The notes: a model not told the origin generated them from the letters alone. 64,000 nucleotides of DNA from IMGVR_UViG_3300042691_055965:62001-126000; one strand, 5' to 3'; numbered from the stretch's first letter, positions 28,450-39,318 are shown. Program-made: numbers and translations.

Positions 28450-29075
28450 AAAAAATTATTATTTATCCAAACAGAATCATGTTGTTGTTGTCCGTTTATA
28501 GTGACACTTGTCATATCAACCATACTAAATCCTTTTTTTGTCAAAAAATTCACAACATCTTTGTGTAATTTTTGGTTTTCAAAAAAAGGGTATGATTCAG
28601 TTTCAATATGCATTATTTTAATATTATTAATTATGTCTGACATACTAAATAATATTTCATAAGTTGCCCCTTCAACATCTATCTTTACCAAGTCTATATT
28701 AGGAATATTATAATCGTCACATATTGTTTTTATTGTTTTACATTTCAATAATAATATTTCACTACCATATTCATTACCTCGATTACGTATACCATGTAAA
28801 CCATTTATGTTTTTTTTATAATATTCAATTTTACCATCATAATCAGCAACGACAATATTTATAGGTATTATTTCTGATAAGTTTTTCAAATATTTTTCAT
28901 AATTATCAGGTAACCCTTCAATACAATAAACGTTCGAGTTTGGAAAACAAGTTTTGAAAAATAAAGAATCTTTGCCATGTAATGAACCAATTTCCATTAT
29001 GTTTTTTATTTCATCATCTTTGAAATATTTTTTTGTAATATCTACAAATTGTTGCATATTAATTTCTAATCTCAT
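28446..29075 (-). CDS. FkbM-family methyltransferase
   Basis: EIGS..G.DS, IDLVKIDVEGA.YEIL. Confidence 0.85.
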   Translation of the reverse strand: MRLEINMQQFVDITKKYFKDDEIKNIMEIGSLHGKDSLFFKTCFPNSNVYCIEGLPDNYEKYLKNLSEIIPINIVVADYDGKIEYYKKNINGLHGIRNRGNEYGSEILLLKCKTIKTICDDYNIPNIDLVKIDVEGATYEILFSMSDIINNIKIMHIETESYPFFENQKLHKDVVNFLTKKGFSMVDMTSVTINGQQQHDSVWINNNFL

Positions 29076-30112
29076 AATAAATTTTTATATAGTTTAAGAT
29101 ACTTTTTTGATACATTAATGTAATCGTAAAGATCATCAGATCTAGTTTTCAAATAATCCGATACCATTTTATAGTAACTGGAATCATTTTTCAATTTTAA
29201 CATTAAATTTGAATAGTTTTCAACTATATTATCCGACACAAACAACTCCGTGAAATCACCCACCAACTCTCTATGTGCTTGTGGCCAAGATTCCATACCG
29301 ACATGGGTTATTACGGGTTTTTTATTAATCATTGCTTCTGCGATAGTATTCCCAAAAGTTTCACCTAAAGAATTACTATGACATAAAACATCAATGGTAT
29401 TGTAAAATTTAGAAACATCCAATTCGTTTGATGAAGGTTTTAAAAAAATAATATTATTTATTTCTAATTTTTTGGCATCCTCAATCGCTTTCTGATTTGG
29501 TGCCATATAAAGAAAACACGTATCGTTAGACTCAATTTTTTTATATGCTCTTAAATTTATATCACTATATATATTACTGTCAGGTCTACCAATTCTTCCG
29601 TAAATAAATTTATGTTTTAAATTTAATTCATCACGTAAATTTTGATTTGTTATGGTTGTATTAATTGGGTTAGGGATTACAACATACGGTATATTTGTTT
29701 TTTGCAGATGATTTGTTAATGTTATTGAAGGATAAATTCTAAAATCTGATTTAGTTTGATTATAACCATGAAAGTTTGTCTCAACAACTTTAAATTTAAA
29801 TTCTGTTGTTTCGAAATCAGGTAAAAACCAAGTATCATTCCCTGATCTATGTGTTTGTAAAATATCTATGTCGTAATTATTTAATTCTGATACATGATTA
29901 AACTCTATCATTTTTATTGGTAAGGTTTTGTATTCATCGAAACGACTAGGGTTGGTTTCAGACTCATCAATTCTTGGGTGTGAATACTTATTGTAAAATA
30001 CTGTTATATCAGTTTCTAAATTTAATAATCCTTTTATCAAGTTTAAGGCACATTTGTCAGCCCCACCAACACCAAAAGAAACAATTTGCCCAATTTTCAA
30101 TTTATTCCCCAT
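29072..30112 (-). CDS. Glycosyltransferase family 4-like
   Basis: GGADK, GRIGR, GETFGNTIAEAM...KPVI. Confidence 0.85.
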   Translation of the reverse strand: MGNKLKIGQIVSFGVGGADKCALNLIKGLLNLETDITVFYNKYSHPRIDESETNPSRFDEYKTLPIKMIEFNHVSELNNYDIDILQTHRSGNDTWFLPDFETTEFKFKVVETNFHGYNQTKSDFRIYPSITLTNHLQKTNIPYVVIPNPINTTITNQNLRDELNLKHKFIYGRIGRPDSNIYSDINLRAYKKIESNDTCFLYMAPNQKAIEDAKKLEINNIIFLKPSSNELDVSKFYNTIDVLCHSNSLGETFGNTIAEAMINKKPVITHVGMESWPQAHRELVGDFTELFVSDNIVENYSNLMLKLKNDSSYYKMVSDYLKTRSDDLYDYINVSKKYLKLYKNLL

Positions 30113-30906
30113 GAATTATTTTTTAAATATTTATTTTTTTTTGTTTGAATAAAAAGATTATAATTTGTGGTAGGAGGTAAATTATTAACAATTTCATGGT
30201 TAACATGGATTGCACATATATTATCATAATAGATAAAATCTAAATTATTTTCAAGTAACCTTTCTTTAAATTCGTCATCATCATACCCAGTACCAAATCT
30301 AAATCTTTCGTCAAACCCGGATAATTCAAAATAAGTATTTCTTGATATTGCCGATAAAAAATTTAATCCAGATGGTTTATGGATAGAATGTAAATACCAT
30401 GAACCAAGTTTGTTATTAAACGAATAACCCAATTCACCCAAATTTTTTTCAAAAAATTCCTTATTCAGATTAAAATTTTCTATATTATCTTCGAAATTAA
30501 CCAATAAATCTTTAATCAAAGTTAAATCAGTTAAACAAAACACAGACATCAATATATAAGTTGAATCGTTTAAATTTTCAAAATTATTAGTTAGTTCAAA
30601 CATATTTGTAGTATGAAAAGTTTCTGGGGAACTTAATATTATAATATCCCCTACTGAATTTCTAACACCAACATTATACGGATAACAAGGATTAATACCA
30701 TTTTTTGTTTTTAATCTTATTAATTTTATATTTAAATTGAAATTCAAAACGTTATCTAATCTTTCGTTTTCAGAAGAAAAATCGTCGACTATAATTATTT
30801 CTAAATTATCATAGTTTGAATAAAAAAATTCAAAACTTTTTAAAGTATTTAAAATTAATTCTTTTCTGTTGTAGTAAGGTAAAATTATGGAAACTTTTTT
30901 TTTCAT
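30097..30906 (-). CDS. Glycosyltransferase family 2 (GT7C-like C-terminus)
   Basis: SIILPYYNR, IVDDFS, GFDERF..G.GYDDDEF. Confidence 0.88.
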   Translation of the reverse strand: MKKKVSIILPYYNRKELILNTLKSFEFFYSNYDNLEIIIVDDFSSENERLDNVLNFNLNIKLIRLKTKNGINPCYPYNVGVRNSVGDIIILSSPETFHTTNMFELTNNFENLNDSTYILMSVFCLTDLTLIKDLLVNFEDNIENFNLNKEFFEKNLGELGYSFNNKLGSWYLHSIHKPSGLNFLSAISRNTYFELSGFDERFRFGTGYDDDEFKERLLENNLDFIYYDNICAIHVNHEIVNNLPPTTNYNLFIQTKKNKYLKNNSWGIN

Positions 30907-32420
30907 GAATCTTTTTCTCCTTCTTGTATGTGGTACACTAAAGAATCAAAAACAGTTATATGTTTCATTCCATAATCTTTTTCTAATTTTTTAAAAAACC
31001 AATCATCTCCTGATTGTACAAAACCATTTAAAGTACCAATACCATCCCTGTATATATTACCTTCAGGATACATACCAGACTCTATAAATTTTTTAGTTTC
31101 AAAAACACACGGCATAAATAACCCTCCGTTTTGAATTGACTCGTTTGTGAGTTTATCTACAACATCGTGCCACTTTTTATAATCAATTTCATTAGGTGTT
31201 TTACCACAATTATAACTAATTGCGTGTTGTCCACTTAATAATTTACCACTTTCCACTAATCTAGAGCAAGGTATATTTTTACCATCATGGTGTTTCAACA
31301 AGTTAGAAAGCCACCCATCACTAAAAACCATGTCCGAATTTACAAAACATATGTTATCGTATTGACTTGTTTTTCCTGCAAAATTCCAACATCTATAAAC
31401 CCTATTTAAATAATAATCATTGGGATTTGGATCGTTGTAAATTGAGTATGGGATATCTAAAGATTTTAATTTTTCTATGATTTCTTCAGTAGCGTCATTT
31501 GCAACAATTCTAAATTTTACATCCCAACCAAAAACTTTTGATTTTTTGCTTTTCATTTCATTATGTATCAAATTTAAATAATCTTCTGATTTAAAAATAA
31601 GACTAATTACTTCTATTTCTTTTTTTTCATTAGTTATTAATCCATTATTTTCATTATAAATTTCTCTAATAAGTTTTTTATTTTTTGGATTTATATCATC
31701 TGTAATTATAAACCAATCGGGTAATAAATTTTTATCTAATTCTTCTACTTTCAAAGTCATTTCATTTAATAACCTTTCAAGTTTCCATCCATTTTGTCCG
31801 TTAGACTTGTAAACATTATATTTTGTTATTATCTGATAGTCAGTGGCAAATCCTCGATGTACAACCGAAAAATCGGTTTTACTTACTTTTTGAATACCAT
31901 TAGGATATTGCGGTAAATGTAAACCGGACAATGGTTGAAAATTAAGTTTACCATTATTTCTCCATAATGGGCACCAACCGCCATTTAAAGAATGATATGA
32001 ATCATCTATTCTATAATGTATATCACTTCTCCAAAGATTGTAGTGATTGAAAAAAAATCCATCAATTCCATAATTTGTCCCTAATTGACACATATTTTTT
32101 AATTCTTCCCCATTGTTCTTTAATAATCTACCATCCAATAATAAATCGCCATCTAACCAAAGAATCCAATCAGTGTCAGGGTGTTCAGATAATAATTTTT
32201 CCAGCAATTCCTTTTTACAAATTAATTCTTCATTAAATCTATTTGTCGGAGACTCAATAACCACACAATTTTTAAATTGTTTATAGTATTCTAAACTACC
32301 ATCGTCAGAATTTTGATCGAATACATAGATATAATCACAAACTGACATTTGTTTAAACCAATTTTCTAAATTTCCTTTAGAAAGTTCATTTCTTAATTGT
32401 GTAAAACCAACTATTTTCAT
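30903..32420 (-). CDS. Two-domain GT-A glycosyltransferase
   Basis: N-domain RNE..., DQNSDDGS, WLDGD; C-domain FVNSDM, YHIQEGE. Confidence 0.78.
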   Translation of the reverse strand: MKIVGFTQLRNELSKGNLENWFKQMSVCDYIYVFDQNSDDGSLEYYKQFKNCVVIESPTNRFNEELICKKELLEKLLSEHPDTDWILWLDGDLLLDGRLLKNNGEELKNMCQLGTNYGIDGFFFNHYNLWRSDIHYRIDDSYHSLNGGWCPLWRNNGKLNFQPLSGLHLPQYPNGIQKVSKTDFSVVHRGFATDYQIITKYNVYKSNGQNGWKLERLLNEMTLKVEELDKNLLPDWFIITDDINPKNKKLIREIYNENNGLITNEKKEIEVISLIFKSEDYLNLIHNEMKSKKSKVFGWDVKFRIVANDATEEIIEKLKSLDIPYSIYNDPNPNDYYLNRVYRCWNFAGKTSQYDNICFVNSDMVFSDGWLSNLLKHHDGKNIPCSRLVESGKLLSGQHAISYNCGKTPNEIDYKKWHDVVDKLTNESIQNGGLFMPCVFETKKFIESGMYPEGNIYRDGIGTLNGFVQSGDDWFFKKLEKDYGMKHITVFDSLVYHIQEGEKDS

Positions 32421-33223
32421 ATAAATTTATTTATTAATTCTGTTATTGTGTTATTAATATTTTTTGTTTTGTAATTGTAAAAATTATTAAATTTTTTACT
32501 TATATTAGATCCATTATACCAATGGATACCAATGGTGTCGTCCGACAAATTTCCCAAATTTATACCTGAAAATATTTTTTCTATTTCAGTATCACTAAAT
32601 GGGTAAAAACAGGTCGGATTAATAATTTTCATTTTATTAGGTAAATTTTTATCAAACCCTTTTGGGTAAAGTTGATTAAGTAAAGTAGAACCAATAGATT
32701 GGTACTTTGTCCTATCAAAATTTACGTCAATTAAATTTACTATTTTTTTAAAATAAATGTTATTTGGGATAGATAAAAAGAACCCAATTATGTGAATATC
32801 TTTTCTTAAACAAATTACAGTATCTGAATCCCCGACATTTAAAAAATCCAAGGGCTTTAGATATAAAATATCCATATCTGACCAACCACCACCGTCAGTA
32901 CTTAACAAGTACCATCTCAAAAAATCTGATTTATAAATTTCAGGTATTTCATTAGTAAAACCAATTTTTTCAAAATCCACTTCATTGAAATTAATGTATT
33001 TTAAATTCTTTAAATCGTAGTACCAATTATACCCATCATATTTTAATTCTTGCTCTCCGGTTTTCCAAGTAATATCCCCATAAAATGGTTTCTTAGGTTC
33101 ATGTAAAATAATTTGCCAATCAGGGTTAAATTTATTGAAACTTACTATTGTCATGTATTGAAGATAAGACAATTTAGATTTGTCCCAATAAAAATGCATA
33201 ATTTTAGGAATTTTAGTTAACAT
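32417..33223 (-). CDS. DXD glycosyltransferase (GT32/Gly_transf_sug-like)
   Basis: IPKIMHFYW, SDFLRW.LL...GGGWSDMD, IHWY. Confidence 0.85.
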   Translation of the reverse strand: MLTKIPKIMHFYWDKSKLSYLQYMTIVSFNKFNPDWQIILHEPKKPFYGDITWKTGEQELKYDGYNWYYDLKNLKYINFNEVDFEKIGFTNEIPEIYKSDFLRWYLLSTDGGGWSDMDILYLKPLDFLNVGDSDTVICLRKDIHIIGFFLSIPNNIYFKKIVNLIDVNFDRTKYQSIGSTLLNQLYPKGFDKNLPNKMKIINPTCFYPFSDTEIEKIFSGINLGNLSDDTIGIHWYNGSNISKKFNNFYNYKTKNINNTITELINKFI

Positions 33224-34019
33224 GAGGATTAATTAAATTTTTTGTAATATTTTCAAAAAGGTTTTGATTTTTTCTGATTGATTCCATTATATTATGTGAT
33301 TTAGCAAAAAAATTATTTTCACTATAATGCCATTGATGAATTGCAAATGGAGTGTCTTGTATTTTTAATTCTAAACCTAATAGTTTAATTCTATGTAGTA
33401 ACTCATCATCATCAAACCCAATTCCATTAGAAAATCTTTCATCGAACCCCCCTAATTTATCCATATTTTTTTTTGTAATTGCGGACAAAAAATGATAATG
33501 AGCGGGTCTATAAATTGAATGGTTATACCAACAAGACTCACCCTCTCTAACATAATTAATATTATTAAATGGTAGTGATACATTTATAATTTTATCAAAA
33601 ATATCATCATAACTGAAGTCTAAATTTTGTAGTTGTTCTGTTTTGGTTTTGTTTAATGAATAGACCGCATACGTTAAATAGTTTTCATCATTTATATTAT
33701 TTACAATATCATCTAATATGTCCCCAACATGCAAACATTCTGGATTTTGTAAAATTATAATATCTCCGGTTGCTTCATTTATTGATTTATTAAAAGGAAC
33801 GCAAGGATTTGTGTACCATCTTTCTGTTGGTAATACTTTAAGTACTTTTACGAATGGAAAAATTTCGGGGATATCTGTAATATCATGTTCTAATGAAGAG
33901 CAATCGTCTGTAATAATAAACTCTACATTGTCTACGTGTTTTGACTTTTGTATTGTATTTAAAGTATTTATTAATTGTTTTTTTCTATTGTAATATGATG
34001 TTACTATTGAAATTTTCAT
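33213..34019 (-). CDS. Glycosyltransferase family 2 (paralogue of 30097-30906)
   Basis: SIVTSYYNR, TDDCS, NPC..FN, GGFDERF..GIGFDDDE. Confidence 0.88.
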   Translation of the reverse strand: MKISIVTSYYNRKKQLINTLNTIQKSKHVDNVEFIITDDCSSLEHDITDIPEIFPFVKVLKVLPTERWYTNPCVPFNKSINEATGDIIILQNPECLHVGDILDDIVNNINDENYLTYAVYSLNKTKTEQLQNLDFSYDDIFDKIINVSLPFNNINYVREGESCWYNHSIYRPAHYHFLSAITKKNMDKLGGFDERFSNGIGFDDDELLHRIKLLGLELKIQDTPFAIHQWHYSENNFFAKSHNIMESIRKNQNLFENITKNLINPHVN

Positions 34020-35083
34020 TATTCTAAATTTTTTAATATTTTTACAATTATATCGGAAGTTTTCCCATTACCTAACCATTCTGTATTTTTTTTATTACTA
34101 TATTCAGTCAACCATTTTTTACTATTATACCAAGATTTATCGTTGTTTTTATTAACGTCAATCATAAAAGAACAATAATTATCGATAGATTCTGGTCTTT
34201 CAGTAAAATCCCTAGGCACTATAACGGGAGTGTCTAAAAGTGCAGGCTCCTCTTGTGCTGTACCAGAATCTGAAATTATGAATTTAGAATCGTATACATA
34301 ATCAATATACTTTTTAAATGGAAGTAAGTCAATAACTTGCATATCCCCTAAATCAATTTTAAATTCTTTAATGTAGTCTATTGTTCTTTTAAACCCTAAC
34401 ATATACAAAGGTAAATTATGTTCTAATGACATGAGTTTTGAGTATTCTATTATATTTTCTAATCTTTCTTTATGTTTGAAATTTTCTGGTCTATGTATGT
34501 CTAAAATTATTTTGTCATTAAGTTTTTTTCTTAACGGTTTAAATTTATTCACCACTTCAACAATGGTATTACCTACAACATAAATTGAGTCACTATCAAT
34601 GTTTTCTTTAATTGCTTTATTTTTGTAATTATCATGATAAACAAATAAAAAATCACTGCAATGATCACATACGATTCTATTTATTTCTTCTAACATCCTT
34701 TTGTCGTATGATCTCATTCCAGCTTCAATGTGACCGATTTTGTAACCTTCTTTTTTTAAAGAAACTGAAGAAACCACAGAATTTGAATCTCCCAAAAATA
34801 TTATAATATCTGGATTTAAATTTTCATTTCTAATTAATTCAATTAATTTAATGGAAAGTTCCGATGTTTGATGGAAGTGTTCTTTACCTACACCCCCAAT
34901 ATTTAAATTATAATCGGGTTCCCTGATTTGTAACTCTTCAAAAAAAACGTCAGACAAAAGTCTATCGAAATGTTGTCCTGTGTGAATTAATACGTGATTA
35001 AACTCTTTGTCTAATTTTTTAAAGATTTCAGACATTCTTATAAAATCTGGACGAATACCCGTAACTGTAATTATGTTTTTCAT
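34019..35083 (-). CDS. wecB: UDP-N-acetylglucosamine 2-epimerase (non-hydrolysing)
   Basis: GIRPD.I, HTGQH, GDSN, HIEAG.RS, EE.NR, HRPEN, SDSG..QEE, TERPE. Confidence 0.92.
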   Translation of the reverse strand: MKNIITVTGIRPDFIRMSEIFKKLDKEFNHVLIHTGQHFDRLLSDVFFEELQIREPDYNLNIGGVGKEHFHQTSELSIKLIELIRNENLNPDIIIFLGDSNSVVSSVSLKKEGYKIGHIEAGMRSYDKRMLEEINRIVCDHCSDFLFVYHDNYKNKAIKENIDSDSIYVVGNTIVEVVNKFKPLRKKLNDKIILDIHRPENFKHKERLENIIEYSKLMSLEHNLPLYMLGFKRTIDYIKEFKIDLGDMQVIDLLPFKKYIDYVYDSKFIISDSGTAQEEPALLDTPVIVPRDFTERPESIDNYCSFMIDVNKNNDKSWYNSKKWLTEYSNKKNTEWLGNGKTSDIIVKILKNLE

Positions 35084-36720
35084 TAATTTAATATTTTTAT
35101 GTATTCAGTTTTAATTTTTTTTGCAACTTCTATGTAATTGAATTTATCAGTATCATTAGGAACTGAATATCTTTTCTTTTCCAAGATAGTACCATTGTTA
35201 TCTACATTATAAATCCAACCGTATTTCCCACACATCCACCCTTCAATTGTTGTTCTACCTAAAAGTATTCCTGCAGTTTCAGAACAATTTTTCACATACT
35301 TTTCAATTTTTTGTGTCGGTTCAAAATGTTTGACATGATTATAAATTAATAAATCATTTAAATAATTCGATTTATTTTCCCCAACAATCCAAAATTCTTT
35401 TCCTATTGATTTTGTGTAAAATAACAAATCTTTTATTGCGTTTTCTCTTAAATAATCAATTGTACCAACAAATAATACATAATCATTATCTTTTATATTT
35501 TTGGTATTAAACCTATCAGAGTCAATTGGATTATATATGACTTCAGTGGATTCAGTAGGAATATTAAAATTTTGAACAATATGTTTTTGAATTTCAGGTC
35601 TGATACAAATATATTTTTTTATTTTTTCATTTATAACTGGATTTTCTAATTCAATTACTTCTGAATGTATTGTACTAATTTTATCGATATTAGGATATAA
35701 TTCACAAATTTTATTTGTAACTGGTAAATGTTGTGTGTGAATTATATCAAAATCAACATCACCTGTTTTGTACATTAAGTTTGGTTGTGATACTTGATTT
35801 CCTTGTGGTGTTTTAAATCCCCATTTTCCATCACCTAATTTATAACCAGGTGGTTCATTAAATGGTAATGTTTTTATTCCTTGTTGTTGTGCTATTTTAG
35901 ATAAAGGTCCGTTGATATCCGACAATACCGTCACGTCACAATTTAATTTTTTAAGTCCTCTTGCTAATTCATAAACATACATTTCTGAACCAGTATATGT
36001 TTTGAAAAACAAACACGATAACAAAACTTTGATGGGGGATTCTAAATTTAAATTTCTTTTAATTTTTATAGGTAAAACTTCTTTGTAGTTTTCTGCAAAC
36101 AATTCTCTATTTTTTTCCCATTGTTCATTTGTTTGTCCAATCGACTTGTGTGTGACTCTAACATCGTACATTACACCAATTTTCACATCAGACATAAAAT
36201 TTCTAAATGAAAAATCAACATCGTAGAAATGAAACCCTTTTATTTCTTCATTAAAATTGTGTTGGATATTTTTTTTATTAACTACAATAAACAAACCATC
36301 AACTAAAACAACATCATCTAACTGATTTCCCTTACTGTTTGAATACTTTGATTCCCATTTTTTTCCTTCATGTTCATGGTTTACTATTCCTTTCATTTTG
36401 GAAAAGTCTTCCCACCACTTTGCACTTTTAGGTAACAAAGTAGAACCTGCTAAACCTAAAACACCATAATTAGAATTTCTTTTGAAATGATTTAATATCT
36501 TTTGTCCCCAATTCTTTGAATCGAAATATATATCATCGTGACATAACACAACAACGTCATTTTTAGAATTTTCGAGTATTTTGTTGTATACTTCAGTCAA
36601 AGAATATTCACCATTATTTTCCACAGGAACTATTTCCAAATTAGATACCCCTGATGTTTTTTTCAACATTGATACAAAATCAGAATCTATTTTTCTTGTT
36701 GAAAATCCTATTGTAATCAT
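35083..36720 (-). CDS. Bifunctional glycosyltransferase (GT-A plus GT-B)
   Basis: N-domain CHDD, VDGLF, FHFYD; C-domain TGSE.Y.YELA, YNPID, GRTTIEGW. Confidence 0.82.
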   Translation of the reverse strand: MITIGFSTRKIDSDFVSMLKKTSGVSNLEIVPVENNGEYSLTEVYNKILENSKNDVVVLCHDDIYFDSKNWGQKILNHFKRNSNYGVLGLAGSTLLPKSAKWWEDFSKMKGIVNHEHEGKKWESKYSNSKGNQLDDVVLVDGLFIVVNKKNIQHNFNEEIKGFHFYDVDFSFRNFMSDVKIGVMYDVRVTHKSIGQTNEQWEKNRELFAENYKEVLPIKIKRNLNLESPIKVLLSCLFFKTYTGSEMYVYELARGLKKLNCDVTVLSDINGPLSKIAQQQGIKTLPFNEPPGYKLGDGKWGFKTPQGNQVSQPNLMYKTGDVDFDIIHTQHLPVTNKICELYPNIDKISTIHSEVIELENPVINEKIKKYICIRPEIQKHIVQNFNIPTESTEVIYNPIDSDRFNTKNIKDNDYVLFVGTIDYLRENAIKDLLFYTKSIGKEFWIVGENKSNYLNDLLIYNHVKHFEPTQKIEKYVKNCSETAGILLGRTTIEGWMCGKYGWIYNVDNNGTILEKKRYSVPNDTDKFNYIEVAKKIKTEYIKILN

Positions 36721-37319
36721 AACCCAGTACTTCCAAATCCGTTATCGTTTCTGTCTTTTGTTCCCACTTCAGAAAGTTCTACAAAATTAATCCATTTTCC
36801 CGAAATTACAGGACAAAGTACTGCTTGTGCAATTTTTTGTCCTTTGGAAATTTTAATTCTTTCTGATGTGGTATTGAATAAAATTACTTTGATTTCCCCC
36901 AAGTAACCACTATCTACAGTTCCTGGTGAATTTAAAACCATAAGTCCTTGATTAAGGGCTAATCCACTTTTTGAACGAATTTGAATTTCATGTCCATCAG
37001 GAATATCTAACACAAGTCCTGTCGGTATAAGTTTTCTATCATTAGCTTGAATCCAAACTTCTTCCGACGCTCTCAAATCAAAACCTGAATCAGACAAATG
37101 TTCATATTTTGGATTATCAGAATCTGATTTGTTAATGAATCCTAAATCTATTTTATGATTATCCATAGATTGTAAGAACATATTTGAAAGTTCTTCTTCA
37201 GTTATTCCTAATGATTCTAATATTGATTCAGGGTTATCCATATCAAAATCATTCATATTTTCTTGTAAATCCTTAAGTAGTTTAAGGTTTTGTGTTATTT
37301 CATTTAAATCTTCTTGCAT
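36717..37319 (-). CDS. dut: Trimeric dUTPase with an acidic N-terminal extension
   Basis: SGFDL, RSKSGLA, GTVDSGY.GE, KIAQ, R...GFGSTG. Confidence 0.92.
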   Translation of the reverse strand: MQEDLNEITQNLKLLKDLQENMNDFDMDNPESILESLGITEEELSNMFLQSMDNHKIDLGFINKSDSDNPKYEHLSDSGFDLRASEEVWIQANDRKLIPTGLVLDIPDGHEIQIRSKSGLALNQGLMVLNSPGTVDSGYLGEIKVILFNTTSERIKISKGQKIAQAVLCPVISGKWINFVELSEVGTKDRNDNGFGSTGL

Positions 37320-37320
37320 A

Positions 37321-38043
37321 TTATTCTAAACTTTTTAATTTTTTTATTGTTTCAATTAAAACTTCAACATCTTTTTCACAGTAATCTGCAATTTCTTGTA
37401 ATCTATTATTACCCCAATATGCTTGATGTACCATTCCTCCATTCACTTCACCATCTTTTGGTGTTGGTATATCCAAACATGCACAAAGTAAATCTAATGA
37501 ACCAATAGAAGAGTATGAACCATATTGCCAAATTTCTTTTGTGTCAATAGCTTTTACTTCCCATGGTTTTGTGTCATATGATGGAAGAATTTTTGATGGC
37601 ATAATTCCATTGATAATCATTCTTTTTGCTAACATCGGAATATCAAAATTCTTAAGGTTGTGTCCACAAAGATAAAAATCCAATTTATGACATCTATCCA
37701 ATAGATTTCTTACTTGTAGTAATAATTCTTTTTCACTATCACCTGAAAAAGTTTGTTTTTTGGTTTCTCCATTTTCTAAAACAAACGCCAAAGAAACACA
37801 AACAATTTTTGCAAATTCGGGAACAAGTGCTGCTCTTGACTGAAAAACATGATTCATATGTTCTTCTTCACTCCACCCATTATTTTCTGATTCTTCTGGA
37901 AACCTTTTCAAAAACCAATCAAAATATTTCTTATATTGATTGGCTAATTCAGGATTAAATCTAATACAAGATTCATAATCAGGACACCCACCAACTGTTT
38001 CAATGTCCATAAACAAAATTTTGGTAATTGGTATATTAATCAT
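37321..38043 (-). CDS. Stand-alone PolB-type 3'-5' exonuclease (DnaQ-like)
   Basis: DIET, GHN...FD.P, YCEKD. Confidence 0.85.
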   Translation of the reverse strand: MINIPITKILFMDIETVGGCPDYESCIRFNPELANQYKKYFDWFLKRFPEESENNGWSEEEHMNHVFQSRAALVPEFAKIVCVSLAFVLENGETKKQTFSGDSEKELLLQVRNLLDRCHKLDFYLCGHNLKNFDIPMLAKRMIINGIMPSKILPSYDTKPWEVKAIDTKEIWQYGSYSSIGSLDLLCACLDIPTPKDGEVNGGMVHQAYWGNNRLQEIADYCEKDVEVLIETIKKLKSLE

Positions 38044-39254
38044 TTTACAAGTTGTTTATAAAGTTCTGCTCTATCGGATGTTACTTTATTTAAATCATAA
38101 GTGTCTTTAACGGTTTCATACAATCTTTCACCTAAATCAAACGCCCAATTTGGATTTTCAATTAATTTTTTCATGTATTTCGCCCAATCTGAATGGTTTT
38201 TAACTTCGTCTACTAAAAGTGCGTTACCATCTGTAAAGTTTCCTTGATTAAGTGCGTGTTTTAAATCAATAGTGTAAGGACCGATATTCGATGCAATTAT
38301 TGCTTTTTTATAAAACCCCGCTTCAATAACTTTAAGTTGTGATTTAACTCTATTAAATATATGATTTTTAATTGGTGCAAGTGACACGTCAAACCATCTG
38401 TAGTTTGATGCATATGTTGTTACAGGTTTTGTCCAAACACGGTTGTAAAAATATTCATCCTTTGAAATCAAATCACTTTGTTCAAATTTCATAAGTAAAT
38501 TTTTATGTTCAGGACTTACCAATTTATAGTTGTTTGTAAAAATTTCTTCATATCTTGCCCATACCGTTTCTTCAGGTTTAATTTCTCGCTGTTTTTGTTC
38601 TCCTGTATCTTTATTGATTTCAGTCACAGTACCTCTTGTGTCAAAACCACAAAGATATACACTAAACTTGTCTTTTAATGTGGATAACTTGCTAAACGTA
38701 CCATCCAAAAGTTTCAAGTCATGCAAATGTGAAGAACCACCAAGCCAACCGAATCTTAACTTATCTGATTTTTCCGTTTCTTGTGAAAATTGTGGTTCTT
38801 TTGGATTGATTGCGTTTGGTAATACAAACACATTTTTATTCAACTTAGAAATTTCGGTTGCAAAAACGCTAGTTGTTGTTGTCACATATCTTGCAACTTT
38901 TAAATTTGCAATAATTTTTTCATGTAATTTATGTTGAATAACCAACTGATGAATAGGGTGTTCCTTTGTAGGTAACCAATAGTCATCTAAATCCATTATT
39001 GTGACAATACCCATATTGTTTAAATTTTGAATAATTGACACTGATTGATTGTAATCATTTCCAATTGAACGGTGAAAATGTACAATATCATAATTTTTCC
39101 AATAATTTATATCATTAATTTTTGGTTCATAATCAATGTCAACATGAAAATCATCAGAATGACTATTTTGTAACATGATATGTGGATCTACTGAACGGAA
39201 TTTTCCAACACCTGTACGGTCTGAAGGAAGAACTAAAACTTTTATTTTACTCAT
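38040..39254 (-). CDS. Glycosyltransferase, GT-B fold
   Basis: G.G.FR...P, DLDDYW, LPNAI, GW.GG.SH..DL, FN..KS.LK.IEAG. Confidence 0.82.
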   Translation of the reverse strand: MSKIKVLVLPSDRTGVGKFRSVDPHIMLQNSHSDDFHVDIDYEPKINDINYWKNYDIVHFHRSIGNDYNQSVSIIQNLNNMGIVTIMDLDDYWLPTKEHPIHQLVIQHKLHEKIIANLKVARYVTTTTSVFATEISKLNKNVFVLPNAINPKEPQFSQETEKSDKLRFGWLGGSSHLHDLKLLDGTFSKLSTLKDKFSVYLCGFDTRGTVTEINKDTGEQKQREIKPEETVWARYEEIFTNNYKLVSPEHKNLLMKFEQSDLISKDEYFYNRVWTKPVTTYASNYRWFDVSLAPIKNHIFNRVKSQLKVIEAGFYKKAIIASNIGPYTIDLKHALNQGNFTDGNALLVDEVKNHSDWAKYMKKLIENPNWAFDLGERLYETVKDTYDLNKVTSDRAELYKQLVK

Positions 39255-39289
39255 TTGAAATTTGTTTTAAGTAAAATATAAGTTTAATA

Positions 39290-39318
39290 AAATAAAAAAT
39301 CCACCTATTTGGTGGATT
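39290..39318 (-). terminator. Rho-independent terminator (minus strand)
   Basis: AATCCACC-TATTT-GGTGGATT with an A run on its left, which reads as a U run on the minus strand. Confidence 0.8.
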
